DNA of 64,000 nt from Myxococcota bacterium (GCA_963674735.2 CAXXQS010000001.1:544001-608000); one strand, 5' to 3'; numbered from the stretch's first letter, positions 1-10,256 are shown. The notes: a model not told the origin generated them from the sequence alone. Made by a program: numbers and translations.

Positions 1-757
1 CAGGAAGATCCATTTGCAGGTTATCGTAATAAGCGTCTCGAGTTTCGTCGTAGAACTCCTCGACGGAAATGAAACCTTGCATGTAGTAGCCGGATCGCCA
101 CAGTTCCGCCGTGGCCAGGGCGCGGGTGGTTCGACCGTTACCGTCGTCAAACGGATGGATGCTGACGAAGCGATGAGCCAGAAGCGACGCACGCACGGGA
201 CCGGGTAGCGCAGCTGCCTCTTTCGAATTCAGCCAATCTGTCAGGTTTTTCATCAATTTGGGTACGTCTTCCGGACGAGGTGGAGCGTATTCGATCACTC
301 GTGTGGCGGTATCCACGATGGGGCATTCGCCCTTACGATACATGCTTTTCTTTCGTCGTCCTCCGCCCGTTCGAACCATAATCAGTCCGTGCAGGGTTTT
401 GATGAAATCTTCCGTGATGACCGTTGATTCATTGACCTTGTTCTCCAGCCACTCCAAAGCACGCCAGTAATTGCGGACTTCCTGAGCGTGTTCGGTGGGA
501 GAGCGGTCGCTTCCGGCGACGGCCTTCAAAACTTCACGATGGTTAAGCGGATTGCCTTCGATGGCTACTGACCCCCGTGACGCTTTCTGTCGGGCGACCT
601 GCTTCAATTCCAGTACACCTGCGGGAGGAAGCGGAAGCACATCCACGACTTTGCGAGCGCCTTCCACTGCCATCAGGCCGGTAACCATGTCATCGGTGTA
701 GCTGAACCGAGCCTTGAATTTTTGTCTTTCGTTCGTCATTCCGTTCTTATTTTCCAT
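1..757 (-). CDS. Fic-domain protein, 3' end outside the window
   Basis: Manual minus-strand translation from ATG 757 (or 739) reads MENKNGMTNERQKFKARF... and contains the Fic motif HPFDDGNGRTTR at about 121-157. It is missing from the ORF track because the stop lies outside the window. Confidence 0.9.
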   Translation of the reverse strand, partial: MENKNGMTNERQKFKARFSYTDDMVTGLMAVEGARKVVDVLPLPPAGVLELKQVARQKASRGSVAIEGNPLNHREVLKAVAGSDRSPTEHAQEVRNYWRALEWLENKVNESTVITEDFIKTLHGLIMVRTGGGRRKKSMYRKGECPIVDTATRVIEYAPPRPEDVPKLMKNLTDWLNSKEAAALPGPVRASLLAHRFVSIHPFDDGNGRTTRALATAELWRSGYYMQGFISVEEFYDETRDAYYDNLQMDLP

Positions 758-942
758 AATGAAGTAGTCTTATTTAAGGAACAATCGAAGCTTAACATAT
801 TCGAAAGAACATGTAAATACGACATATTGCAAGATTGCCGCGGCAGCCTCTTCCTTGAGAAAGCACCGAAACACTAGTCTTATTTCACTTGCAATTCTGA
901 CCTATTCGTCCTACGCCCACGGAAACGATGCGTCCGTTTTCA

Positions 943-1083
943 GGTTTTGGGGCTGAAACAACGTTCCCCCAGTGTAAGGCTTCCAAGAAAAAGCCAAGGA
1001 TTTGCTCCGGTGAATTCCTCCGTGACTTTTTCTCTCTGGGAAGCCCTTTCGAGGGAGGCGTTTAGTTTCTAACCCCCAATACC
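943..1083 (+). promoter_or_regulatory. Long imperfect inverted repeat ending at the start codon of ORF 1084
   Basis: Nested complementary blocks: GGTTTTGGGG/CCCCAATACC, GAAAC/GTTTC, AACG/CGTT, GGCTTCC/GGAAGCC, AAAAAG/CTTTTT. Confidence 0.6.
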
Positions 1084-1305
1084 ATGACTACACGAACCGC
1101 AACCGACATCCGCAAGGATATACAGGATGCCAGCGCAAGATACCGCGACATTCGAAAACACGGCGACAACGCCCTCAACTTCGGCGACCGGATGACGGGT
1201 AATACCGCTATAGCCGCTCGCAATTACCTCGACAGCATGATCCGCATGCTTCACGGCGAATACGAGCAGGCCACACGCCACGGCGAGCAACTCTCTCTGT
1301 TCTAG
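1084..1305 (+). CDS. 73-aa helical protein ending in a QLSLF clamp-binding-like motif
   Basis: Paralogous to the next ORF (DIRKDIQ..RY.DI / DIRRDLQ..RH.RI; EQATRHGEQLSLF / EEATKYGEQLKLF). Confidence 0.75.
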   Translation: MTTRTATDIRKDIQDASARYRDIRKHGDNALNFGDRMTGNTAIAARNYLDSMIRMLHGEYEQATRHGEQLSLF

Positions 1306-1337
1306 CGCCGCAAATTTACTCTATAATTCAAACAACC

Positions 1338-1565
1338 ATGAAAAAACGTTCAATCGACGACATTCGCAGGGATCTCCAACAGGCCGAAGCCCGACACGAC
1401 CGCATCGAACGGCTTGGAGAAAAGGCAATCAGCGACTACGACCTGATGATGGGCTACGGTGTCGAGTTCAATTTGAAACTTGCGTCCAACCACATCGCCT
1501 ACTACCGAAACGAACTAGAAGAAGCTACTAAATACGGAGAACAGCTGAAACTCTTCGAGTCATGA
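1338..1565 (+). CDS. 75-aa paralogue of ORF 1084 ending in QLKLFES
   Basis: Aligns end to end with ORF 1084-1305 by eye. Confidence 0.75.
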   Translation: MKKRSIDDIRRDLQQAEARHDRIERLGEKAISDYDLMMGYGVEFNLKLASNHIAYYRNELEEATKYGEQLKLFES

Positions 1566-2399
1566 GCCTTTCATGGCGTTCACGACCTGGTCGAAGACGG
1601 GTCTCGTTTCCTTCAGGATCATCGTAACCTCCTCCGTTTCAAGCATGGGATCGAGCATAACAGCGGCATTGAGGAAGCGATAGGCAAGGAAGTGGTCATG
1701 CTTTTTGTAGTAGATCATACCGAGGAAGAAGTTGAGCAGTGGATCGTCCTCTCTGCCGGGAAAGAGCTCGGAAAAATGCGTAAGCGCTTCATCATTCTGA
1801 CCGAGTATGAAGAGATTTATGAAGAGATTGACGGCCAGAGTTTGTTTGGTGCCGATATCTGGCTGAAGCTCATAGACCTTGCGATTGTGAGGTAAAGCTT
1901 TTTCCATGTCTATGGGAAATTCATTGATGAGCTGTCCCATATAGAGCAGACCGAGGTTGTTGTGAGCGTCGAGATTATCGGGATCGAGTTCGATAGCTTT
2001 TTCGAAATTGGCGACGGAGGAATCGAGATCGCGTTCATAGAGATTCACCTGACCGGCGAAGGAATAATGCGCCGATTCCTCAGGCGTAAACAACTTGCTG
2101 GCTTCATTGTAGAAACCGGCAGTGACGTTAATTTCCCCCAGTCCTTCATAAGCCATCGCAAGGTTTTTGTAGATGATGGAGCGGGTGAGGATGTCATCAC
2201 TTTCCACCAGCAGGTCGGCTCTATCCAGATTTTTGATTGCTTCTTCGTAATCACCGGAGAGGATCATATAAAGCGCCTCATCGGTCAATGCAACGGCTCT
2301 GTCGTGGTGATAATCCGAAGTTTGATTTTTAAGGACAATCCCAAAAGCCATAGCCAAAATGAGAACAATGATTATGAGCAAGAGATGCTTAGCTTTCAT
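1560..2399 (-). CDS. Membrane-anchored tetratricopeptide repeat protein
   Basis: N-terminal hydrophobic helix from MKAKHLLL and TPR signatures (FEKAIELDPDNLDAHNNLG). Start moved to 2399. Confidence 0.85.
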   Translation of the reverse strand: MKAKHLLLIIIVLILAMAFGIVLKNQTSDYHHDRAVALTDEALYMILSGDYEEAIKNLDRADLLVESDDILTRSIIYKNLAMAYEGLGEINVTAGFYNEASKLFTPEESAHYSFAGQVNLYERDLDSSVANFEKAIELDPDNLDAHNNLGLLYMGQLINEFPIDMEKALPHNRKVYELQPDIGTKQTLAVNLFINLFILGQNDEALTHFSELFPGREDDPLLNFFLGMIYYKKHDHFLAYRFLNAAVMLDPMLETEEVTMILKETRPVFDQVVNAMKGS

Positions 2400-3144
2400 G
2401 CTGGTTTCGGTTGTCGGAAAAGAATTCGTCCACGTGCAAGGCGAGGTCGTAGGATTTTGCAACTTTCCTCAGTCTGTGTATGGCATCAGCCTTGGAATAG
2501 AGGATGGTTGCAACAACGATAGTGCCTTCGAAGCTACAGCAGAAAAACGGATACGAATTCACCAGTGTTTTTATACTGGCATGTTCCTTTCGGCTAATCT
2601 CGCTAGGACTGAACAAAAGGTAACCGAAAGTTCTGAAATCGATTTGATGAAGATCGCTCGGAGACAAATCTTTATTCCTTGCGGAAAATATATAATTATT
2701 CCAATTGGCTGAGTGGTCGTAATACTTCTCCAGTAGTTCCTTGTTGCTTCCAATAGAGTAGGTGAAACCATCATTGAAACGATCATCCACCAGCCTGATT
2801 TTATCCTTCTCGAATTCCTCTTTGAGTAAACGTTCATATTTTCTGCGAGCAAAATAAAAAAACGATCCTTCAAGGAAGTTGTCTTTGGTCCTCATCCACG
2901 AATAGCGAAATTCTCCAGTATGGAAATAGATATTGTCGTCTGGTAAAAGAGTGCGGATGCCATCGTACAGCATTTGCACGGATTCATAATAGCCGATTAC
3001 GTAGCTAAGATTGGTTGATGAATTATCATATTCAAGACGGCCATCTTTGCTTGCGACCTTGTCGTATAACGATATAAACAGTATACCATCCCTTTCGGAC
3101 AGTTCTGTGTACCAGTCGATGATTGGTTTTATTGTATTATTCAT
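2389..3144 (-). CDS. Hypothetical protein (251 aa), possible immunity-type partner
   Basis: Long ORF tightly packed between 3160-4566 and the TPR gene, with no recognisable motif. Confidence 0.65.
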   Translation of the reverse strand: MNNTIKPIIDWYTELSERDGILFISLYDKVASKDGRLEYDNSSTNLSYVIGYYESVQMLYDGIRTLLPDDNIYFHTGEFRYSWMRTKDNFLEGSFFYFARRKYERLLKEEFEKDKIRLVDDRFNDGFTYSIGSNKELLEKYYDHSANWNNYIFSARNKDLSPSDLHQIDFRTFGYLLFSPSEISRKEHASIKTLVNSYPFFCCSFEGTIVVATILYSKADAIHRLRKVAKSYDLALHVDEFFSDNRNQHES

Positions 3145-3159
3145 AGATGCTTTATTAGG

Positions 3160-4566
3160 TTACCAGAATTTAAAGTTGTTCAGTAGTGCTTTGCCTTGAT
3201 CCAAAATCACCTCTCCCGCTTTCGAGCCTGCAACATATCCGGCAATCCCGCCCGCTACGGCCCCGACCATTCCTCCGGCAATCGCTCCCAGCGGGCCGCC
3301 AACTGCCAATCCTGCACTCGCGAACGCCGAAGCGCCCACATGTGCCACAGCCGCTGCTCCCGCCCATCCTCCGGCGACACGGGCGACTTCCTTTGGTCTA
3401 TCTTCTGCCTTGTAAATATTGTAAGTGTCTGCGGCTGCGCCAACGATGAACCCGGCAATACCAAGATATCTGATAGCCTTTGCAAAATTGAAGGGAAGGC
3501 CTTTGTTCCCTGTATTGGCTAACCAGCGAAGAAATTTGCTCTTTGCAGTGATTTTGACGTTAGTCGATCCAACCGGATCATGGTTGACTCTGAAATTGCC
3601 ATGATTTCCTTTCTGGTTTAGGTGAAAAGCCATCCGGTTTTCTTTCGATATCTCGTGATAATCCAAGGCGATGAATTCTTTCGGATTTTCGCTTTTAAAT
3701 ATCTTTGCGAGGAATGAACTTCGTTTCTTTTCTGAGGTTTCAATCGTATCCATCGTAAACGTGTATTTCTCGCCCATACCATAAACAGGAGCCTTGATCT
3801 TGGTAGCCACACCCGTCCCGACCGCTGTGGCTTCGGGCAAATCGTCGAGGGCAAACTTTTTCACGGTCACGTTCGAAGACGCTGCCTGATTGTCGGAAGT
3901 TCTTTCCATAGCGCTGACCGGTGCCGAAAGGGACGTATCCGTGGAAGTTCGGTCATCACCTGAGGCGTCATCACTGACAGTGGTGTCAGTTTCAAACACA
4001 GGTGTATAGCGATACTTCGTGTTTAACTCCTCGCTTGTAATTGCTCTGCTCTTCACCTCTTCATTTGCCGTGGTTGAATGAGCGGAAGACCCGTTCGCAG
4101 GTGCAGCAATTTGCGAGGTTTCGTCATTGTCTGTAATCGTGTCGAATATTTCATCCGCATCGCCTTCTCTTGCTTCAATGATCCTTTCGATACCGCCTGA
4201 TTGGCGTAATTGCTCCAGCGCTTCAATCTGCAAGGCTTCCAGCGATTCAAGCTCTTTCTGGAGCTGAGTTCTTTTGACTACATCGCTTGTTTTAGTGATC
4301 AATCTTTCGGCATCCGCGATCTGCATACAGAGCTGATCGGCCTTGATCTGATTGAGGATCGCCGTGGATAAGCCGGGATTGGTCGGATCAAGATAATCCG
4401 AAAGGGGCCGATTCGGAACCTGGGTTCGGTCGTAATTGAGGTCTGCTTTGTAGTTTTCGCAGTAACCGCTGGGGGGATATGGAATAGCTGCCAACGTAAG
4501 ATCCGCCGCGTGGGAAACGAGGAAAATAATAGCGAGGGCGCCTGAGATAAGCTTTCTCAAGCACAT
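3160..4566 (-). CDS. Secreted protein with C-terminal Gly/Ala-rich hydrophobic (glycine-zipper-like) region
   Basis: Signal peptide, coiled coil, S/T/D linker, His-containing segment (LDYH..FHLNQKG..NH), then GGWAGAAA...GAIAGGMVGAVAGGIAGY. Confidence 0.8.
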   Translation of the reverse strand: MCLRKLISGALAIIFLVSHAADLTLAAIPYPPSGYCENYKADLNYDRTQVPNRPLSDYLDPTNPGLSTAILNQIKADQLCMQIADAERLITKTSDVVKRTQLQKELESLEALQIEALEQLRQSGGIERIIEAREGDADEIFDTITDNDETSQIAAPANGSSAHSTTANEEVKSRAITSEELNTKYRYTPVFETDTTVSDDASGDDRTSTDTSLSAPVSAMERTSDNQAASSNVTVKKFALDDLPEATAVGTGVATKIKAPVYGMGEKYTFTMDTIETSEKKRSSFLAKIFKSENPKEFIALDYHEISKENRMAFHLNQKGNHGNFRVNHDPVGSTNVKITAKSKFLRWLANTGNKGLPFNFAKAIRYLGIAGFIVGAAADTYNIYKAEDRPKEVARVAGGWAGAAAVAHVGASAFASAGLAVGGPLGAIAGGMVGAVAGGIAGYVAGSKAGEVILDQGKALLNNFKFW

Positions 4567-4670
4567 AAGAGTAGAAGATTAAAGCCTTGAACGGCTCGCG
4601 ATTATCGGGCGGAATCAAAGGCATTATAAAGGATGCTACAATTCTTGAAAAGAGGAACGTATCGTTGCAG

Positions 4671-4700
4671 TTGACTAGTTCAATGCAAAATGCGTATGAT
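4671..4700 (+). promoter_or_regulatory. Sigma70-like promoter of the pilin-like gene
   Basis: TTGACT-N18-TATGAT, 26 nt before ATG 4727. Confidence 0.5.
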
Positions 4701-4726
4701 AGGGCTGTCTGTAAAACAAAAATCCC

Positions 4727-7663
4727 ATGAAAAACAAAACCATTAAAAGCGGCTTCAGTCTTATGGAGCTGATCGTCGTCGTTGCAATCATCGGCGCGCT
4801 CTCCGGTGCGGCGTATCTTGGCGTGCAGGGCGCGAAGCGAAGCAGCATGAACAATAAGATGTTGGCCGATCTGGTTGCGATTGCCAACGGTCTAGACCAG
4901 TACAGGCGTGATCACAACAATTCCTATCCCATCCCCGAACCGGGCACGAACATGAATGTGAACTGCTACTATGCCGATGCCACCTATGCCCATGACTGCG
5001 AGGAAGCCTCTTTCATTCAAGGCATGATCGACAACAGTCTGCTCGGCGTGAAGTATCTTCAGGAAGTTCCTACCGATCCCCGCACCGGTAGCCGCTACGC
5101 TTACGGGGTGAGCAAAGACGGAAAATACTTTCAGGTCGCCGGAGTGTGGGATGATGGAGGTTCGTATGAAGCCCGGACTGCCGAAAATATTGCGAAGGGG
5201 TTTCATTTGCCAAGCCTGATCCGCTCTTACGACAGCCCCAACTTCGTAGTCGATAAAGGCGAGTATCTGCCGTATAGCCCCGATCATCTGGTGTTTACGG
5301 CCAAACTACAGCGTTTCGAGGGAGTGACGATCATCAGTGACGGTTCGGAGATTACCGATCCTGACAAGATTAGAGAACTCGTTCTTGCCACTGGCGATAC
5401 GGTCGAAACCGGCGATACAGGTTTTGCTGATATCTATTTCGGTGACGGGTCCGTATCTCATCTGGATGGCGAAAGCTCACTCGTATTATCAGACATGATC
5501 GTGGGGCAGAATGATGAGAAAAATCTTATCACCAGAATCAAGTTGTTTCTCAGTCGGGGAAAGGTATGGAACAAGGTGGTTCGTCTGGCCAGTGATTCCG
5601 AGTTCAACATCGAAACCAGTGAAGCAATAGCAGGTGTAAGAGGAACGGAGTTCAAAGTGGATGCCGATCATGTAGAGATGATCGTGCGATCAGGCAAGGT
5701 GGGTGTCTATGAAAAACCGGAATCAGAATCGGAAAAGAGTGTTGGAATTCTTATTGCAATGATCGCCGATGGCACACAAGGTGATTACATCGACATCACC
5801 CCGGATGCTCCTAAGAAGGTCACCGGATTGAGCGTGGTTACAACTCCAGATTCTGCCGAGGTCGAAGAAGATTACCACTCCGCCTTTCCGAAAGTGCTCA
5901 ACAATACTGTCGTTCCGCGTATTTTGAAGGCGGGCGGAAGTACCGTCACGCTTGAAAAGATAGAAATGCCCTTCACCCAAGTCTACTCGACTCTTTCCGA
6001 CAACACGCCCCTTTCTTTTACAACGGATAGCGTAACCGGGAATTATACGGTTTCCTATATACCTTCCGCAGATCCTGTACGATTCTATTTTCAGGATGTA
6101 TCCGGCAATCGTTCGGGCTTGAGCATTCAAACCGTCTTGAACGATCTGAGCGAGGAAATCAGTTTCGAGGATGCTGTGGATACCCCCGGTGACAAGCCTA
6201 AGGCGAAATGGGATCTTCCAACTCCTCCATCACGGCTGGTGGCGGGAACCACGGATAACAATTTCAGTTTTACGGCGGCGGTACTGAACCAACAGGAACT
6301 TGAGGAAGAATTGGAAGAAGGAGAGTTTTTGTCTTACAAGCTCATTATCTACACTCCTTCGATTTGCCTGAATCGGGATACAAACACCGACTTCAGCATG
6401 GAAGGCGAGTTTGCCATCAATCCCTTGACCGTGGGCAAATGCGTTTATGCCGTCGAGGTCGGTGCAGGCGAGCTCTATCCCGATCATTTCGATTATTCCT
6501 TCGGTACCTCCACACCGGCAAAAAGTGTGGAAGTGATTACCAAAGATGCCTTTGATATTTCCTTTGCGGTAAAGACCGGCGCGGATTGCGCCACGGGTCA
6601 GATGCTGGAAAGCTGGGATAAGAAGAATCTGTCGGGCGGAACGCACGCGGCCTTCGGAGACATCAAACTTCTTCTCTGTGCCGATCCTTCCAGTGAGGAT
6701 GGTGAAGTCAGCTATCAATGGGGCAGTGGTTACGGCATGATCGAAGATGAAACGGCAAAGGAAACTTTCATCACCGTTCCAAAAGGCGATATTGCTGGAA
6801 GCGAAGATGGTCTTGTTTTCGACATTAGCCTTACGGCGAGCAACGAAAGCCATACAGTTGACACGAAAACCCAAAGCTATCATCTGATACCGCCAACGGT
6901 ATCGTCTGTATCTCTTTCTGTCGTGGGACAGAGCATGGTCAGACAGAAGGAAAACCTTAACCTTAAAGCGGAAATCAGCGACAGTGCATTTGACGCTCTG
7001 ACTCCTGAAGAGAAAAATGTAACCAATAACTGCACTTGGGAAGTATCCGGTAGTTCATCGTGGAATGTGGCTGCTTATACGGATACACTTCAAATTCCTG
7101 AAGATGCAGCAAGCGGTGAGTACACAATCACTTGCACGATTCCATACCTGCTGTATTTCAATGTGGCCGAATCCCCACTGATTGCCACTACAACCTTTAC
7201 GATACCCGCACCGGAAAATCCTTTCCTTGTGGCCTGTGTGGGTGACGCCACCGACACCGACAGGAGTGGTGATGAAGCTAGCGGCTACAAAAACTCGAAC
7301 AAGAACACCTACTATACCCCTGGCGGAGAATGCTGGGCTCTAGGAAATGCAAAAGCCAGCGTTGGCGAAAATTGTACAACTACTTGTGGGAATATCGGTT
7401 TGGGTTGTGAAGATGGAAGCTGGAATGATACCAGCAATATCTGTCGAACCTTGGTCGGAGACGAGACTGGTACATCGCCAGATGGCGGAACGGTTGCCAA
7501 AAATTATGCTCCGGTATGGGTGCTCAACGATTCAATCACTCCTGCTGCAAACGAATGTAGAACTAGAAGCACAACTCTTCCGTTTGGAATCGCTACTGCC
7601 TCCTGTTCATCCCCAACATTCGATCAATATGAAAGAAGAATCTGCAAATGTGTCTCGCAATAA
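4727..7663 (+). CDS. Large prepilin-type N-methylation protein with FecR-like domain and Cys-rich C-terminus
   Basis: KSG|FSLMELIVVVAIIG prepilin motif, VPTDP motif, FecR signature GDTVETG...F.DGS...AIAGVRGTEF. Confidence 0.9.
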   Translation: MKNKTIKSGFSLMELIVVVAIIGALSGAAYLGVQGAKRSSMNNKMLADLVAIANGLDQYRRDHNNSYPIPEPGTNMNVNCYYADATYAHDCEEASFIQGMIDNSLLGVKYLQEVPTDPRTGSRYAYGVSKDGKYFQVAGVWDDGGSYEARTAENIAKGFHLPSLIRSYDSPNFVVDKGEYLPYSPDHLVFTAKLQRFEGVTIISDGSEITDPDKIRELVLATGDTVETGDTGFADIYFGDGSVSHLDGESSLVLSDMIVGQNDEKNLITRIKLFLSRGKVWNKVVRLASDSEFNIETSEAIAGVRGTEFKVDADHVEMIVRSGKVGVYEKPESESEKSVGILIAMIADGTQGDYIDITPDAPKKVTGLSVVTTPDSAEVEEDYHSAFPKVLNNTVVPRILKAGGSTVTLEKIEMPFTQVYSTLSDNTPLSFTTDSVTGNYTVSYIPSADPVRFYFQDVSGNRSGLSIQTVLNDLSEEISFEDAVDTPGDKPKAKWDLPTPPSRLVAGTTDNNFSFTAAVLNQQELEEELEEGEFLSYKLIIYTPSICLNRDTNTDFSMEGEFAINPLTVGKCVYAVEVGAGELYPDHFDYSFGTSTPAKSVEVITKDAFDISFAVKTGADCATGQMLESWDKKNLSGGTHAAFGDIKLLLCADPSSEDGEVSYQWGSGYGMIEDETAKETFITVPKGDIAGSEDGLVFDISLTASNESHTVDTKTQSYHLIPPTVSSVSLSVVGQSMVRQKENLNLKAEISDSAFDALTPEEKNVTNNCTWEVSGSSSWNVAAYTDTLQIPEDAASGEYTITCTIPYLLYFNVAESPLIATTTFTIPAPENPFLVACVGDATDTDRSGDEASGYKNSNKNTYYTPGGECWALGNAKASVGENCTTTCGNIGLGCEDGSWNDTSNICRTLVGDETGTSPDGGTVAKNYAPVWVLNDSITPAANECRTRSTTLPFGIATASCSSPTFDQYERRICKCVSQ

Positions 7664-8049
7664 GTCCTCTATTCGTAAACTTCATATTCTCTCCGATGAA
7701 AATTCTGCTGCGACGATATGATTGTCGGCTGCAATGAATATGTATAGACTGACAGTGCTTTCACGTTATCCTCTTCGCTCTCCGCAACCGAAAGATAACG
7801 GGGAGTTTTCTATTACAAGTTAAATTCGGACCTCATGCCATTCATTGACGAAGTTCAGCCATTCAAAAAGGCCAAAAAGAAAAAGGTGCCAGAATCTCAG
7901 TCACGCTTTAAAAGAATTCCGTCCAGCCGCCTCCACAATCAGCAAAGACGGAAAGCTCAAAATAGCTGACAGGGATTCCTAGACTATTCGCTGTACCAGG
8001 GGGGAACACTTAAAATGAATTAACCCAATATCGGAATCTTTCTGATTAT

Positions 8050-10044
8050 TTAGTGTATAAAAATCACCTCGGTTTCTTCGTTATCCGTTCCATCTTCGTT
8101 AGAACAGGCTACAGCCAAAACAGCCTCGCCGCCTCCAACATCTGGAGCCGTCCAGTTGCAGGAGATTCTGTTGCCCTCCATAACAAGCGGAGTCAATGTG
8201 CCGGCACCGTTATACGGATCATCGGGAGTAACTGCCACATAGCCGTTTTCGTATCTGACCGTAACGGTAACAGTACAGTCATCGACATCTTCAATGTTCA
8301 ATACATCGAAGGTGACCGGGTAGGTTCTACCGGCAACGCAGAAGCCTTGAGTATCAACGGATAAATTGCTCACCTCCGGTGGCAATACCTCCTCGCAAGT
8401 TTCACCGTCACCTTTGAAGCCTTCGTTGCATTCACAGCTTGCTCCCGTATCGGGAGCAGGGTTATCGATGCAGGTGGCGTTTTCATCACAGGGATTGTTT
8501 TCGGTACTGCAACCGTCGATTTCATTACACTGATAATTTCCTTCTGTGTTTTCGCAGATTTCCCCTGTCTGGCAAGGATCGTCCTCACATTCGTCGATAT
8601 CGTTACAAGAGTACCCAGTACCGGGCGCTTCAACATCTTCACATTCAAAGCCTTCCTCACATGGATCATCGGCACAGCCGTCGATATCCATGCAAGCCAC
8701 ATCGGCGTTTCCTTCAAAGCCGCTTTCACATTCACAGGAGGCTTGTTCGTTATCGACGATGCAGGAAGCATTGTCACCACAGGTCATGTCTTCACAAAGA
8801 TCTTGAGATTCAATGGTAAAAGAAAAACTCCTTTTGATCTCGCTTTCCGAAATGTCCATGCCCTCAGGCGCTATGGTTACTGTCAGATTATATGTTCCGG
8901 GTTCAAAATCAGCCATGAACTGTCCGGCGATATCAGTTTCGTCTAAATTGTAAACCGTTCCCGTATCGTCATCCTTGAACTCAACCTGCACCGAAGAAAA
9001 GTGGTTCTGATAAGCTTCACTGAATACATCATGCCCATCATCCGTGACATTCAAGTCAACCGTCAGCGTTGAACCATTGACCATTGCGGCCACATTTTCG
9101 ATTTCAGGCAGTTTGTCCCTGAAGTAGGCGATATAATCATCCTCTGTTTCTTCTCTTGCTTTATGGCTGGAACGTACCACTCGAAAATCCGTGGCCAGCG
9201 TGCCGGGCATACCTTGATGTTCAGCAAGTGTAGATGAAAGCTCAATGGGCGTGTCTGTATCGAGATCAATCGTAAAGAGAGAAAGGCTTTCCCCAGGGAA
9301 GAACAAGTCAGTGAAGTTGGCATGCAAGGTGTCATACAGCTCGCCATCTTCTTCGGTCACAACAAAGCGGATTCCGCAGGCCGTAAGCATCTCGTTGAAC
9401 TGGCTATCACAGGCTGGACGAGCCAACACACAGCCACAGCCTTCAAACTGCGTGCTTACCGAAACATTGTTGTAAACCGCATAGGGATCGCTTCCATCCA
9501 GTTCCGCTAAAGTGAAAACGGTCGGCTGTCCATCAGAACAAAGATGAGTAACCGTCAATGCATCTTCTTGGCCGAATTGAGAACAGGGAAGAGGTACTTC
9601 ATCGCCATCGTCTTCTATATCCCCATCGTCTTCCTGATCTCCGTCGGCGTCTCCATCTACAAGATCGCCATCGCCGTTCACTGTGTCTCCGTCAGTTATT
9701 TCTTCATCTCCGTCTGTTTCGGAAGTATCTCCATCAATAGCTTCCTGATCTCCATCGGGGTTTTCTCCGTCTCCATCGGTAATAGGATTGTCCCCGTCCC
9801 TGTCTCCATCCGAATAATCTGAATTACCATCACCACAAGCCGTAATCATCAATGCAGCCAATAGCACCAGTATCAGATTGCGAACCGATACGCTTAAATC
9901 AAGCCTTGGCAGGGCTTCCATAAATGCCTGAAGTTTTCCTCTGCAATTTAGGGTTTCATCCACCAATTCCATGCGACCACTTTCCGAATCCAGCGTTGCA
10001 AGCCGGTCGGCTAACCCTTTGTACTGTGTGTTTGGAAGGTTCAT
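8050..10044 (-). CDS. Surface lipoprotein-like protein with DGD repeats and Ca-binding EGF-like repeats
   Basis: LAALMITAC lipobox-like motif, more than 10 DGD units, DIDGCADDPC / DIDECEDDPC / CECNEGFKGDG. Start at 10044 is supported by the upstream promoter. Confidence 0.85.
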   Translation of the reverse strand: MNLPNTQYKGLADRLATLDSESGRMELVDETLNCRGKLQAFMEALPRLDLSVSVRNLILVLLAALMITACGDGNSDYSDGDRDGDNPITDGDGENPDGDQEAIDGDTSETDGDEEITDGDTVNGDGDLVDGDADGDQEDDGDIEDDGDEVPLPCSQFGQEDALTVTHLCSDGQPTVFTLAELDGSDPYAVYNNVSVSTQFEGCGCVLARPACDSQFNEMLTACGIRFVVTEEDGELYDTLHANFTDLFFPGESLSLFTIDLDTDTPIELSSTLAEHQGMPGTLATDFRVVRSSHKAREETEDDYIAYFRDKLPEIENVAAMVNGSTLTVDLNVTDDGHDVFSEAYQNHFSSVQVEFKDDDTGTVYNLDETDIAGQFMADFEPGTYNLTVTIAPEGMDISESEIKRSFSFTIESQDLCEDMTCGDNASCIVDNEQASCECESGFEGNADVACMDIDGCADDPCEEGFECEDVEAPGTGYSCNDIDECEDDPCQTGEICENTEGNYQCNEIDGCSTENNPCDENATCIDNPAPDTGASCECNEGFKGDGETCEEVLPPEVSNLSVDTQGFCVAGRTYPVTFDVLNIEDVDDCTVTVTVRYENGYVAVTPDDPYNGAGTLTPLVMEGNRISCNWTAPDVGGGEAVLAVACSNEDGTDNEETEVIFIH

Positions 10045-10069
10045 AAGGCGTGAGATAAATACTACATTG

Positions 10070-10098
10070 AGTATACACTTTGTTTGTGTTTTTGTCAA
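10070..10098 (-). promoter_or_regulatory. Sigma70 promoter
   Basis: TTGACA-N17-TATACT on the minus strand, 25 nt upstream of ATG 10044. Confidence 0.7.
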
Positions 10099-10256
10099 TA
10101 TAGCCTTGAAGCGATGCGAACCTGTTGCGGCTCTGCCGAAGCCTGTTCTGAATTGACCATTTCGATTCTCGGCAGGTTCTCTTGAAACCATCTTTATTAT
10201 ACTCCGCCAGTCGCCGAACTTTGAAAAATCGGCTTGACAGCCTGCTCAATTGTTAT

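Noticed and set aside
7927-7937. CCGCCTCCAC as left att of the left island
   Set aside because: Only 10 bp and in the opposite orientation to the other att copies, so likely chance.
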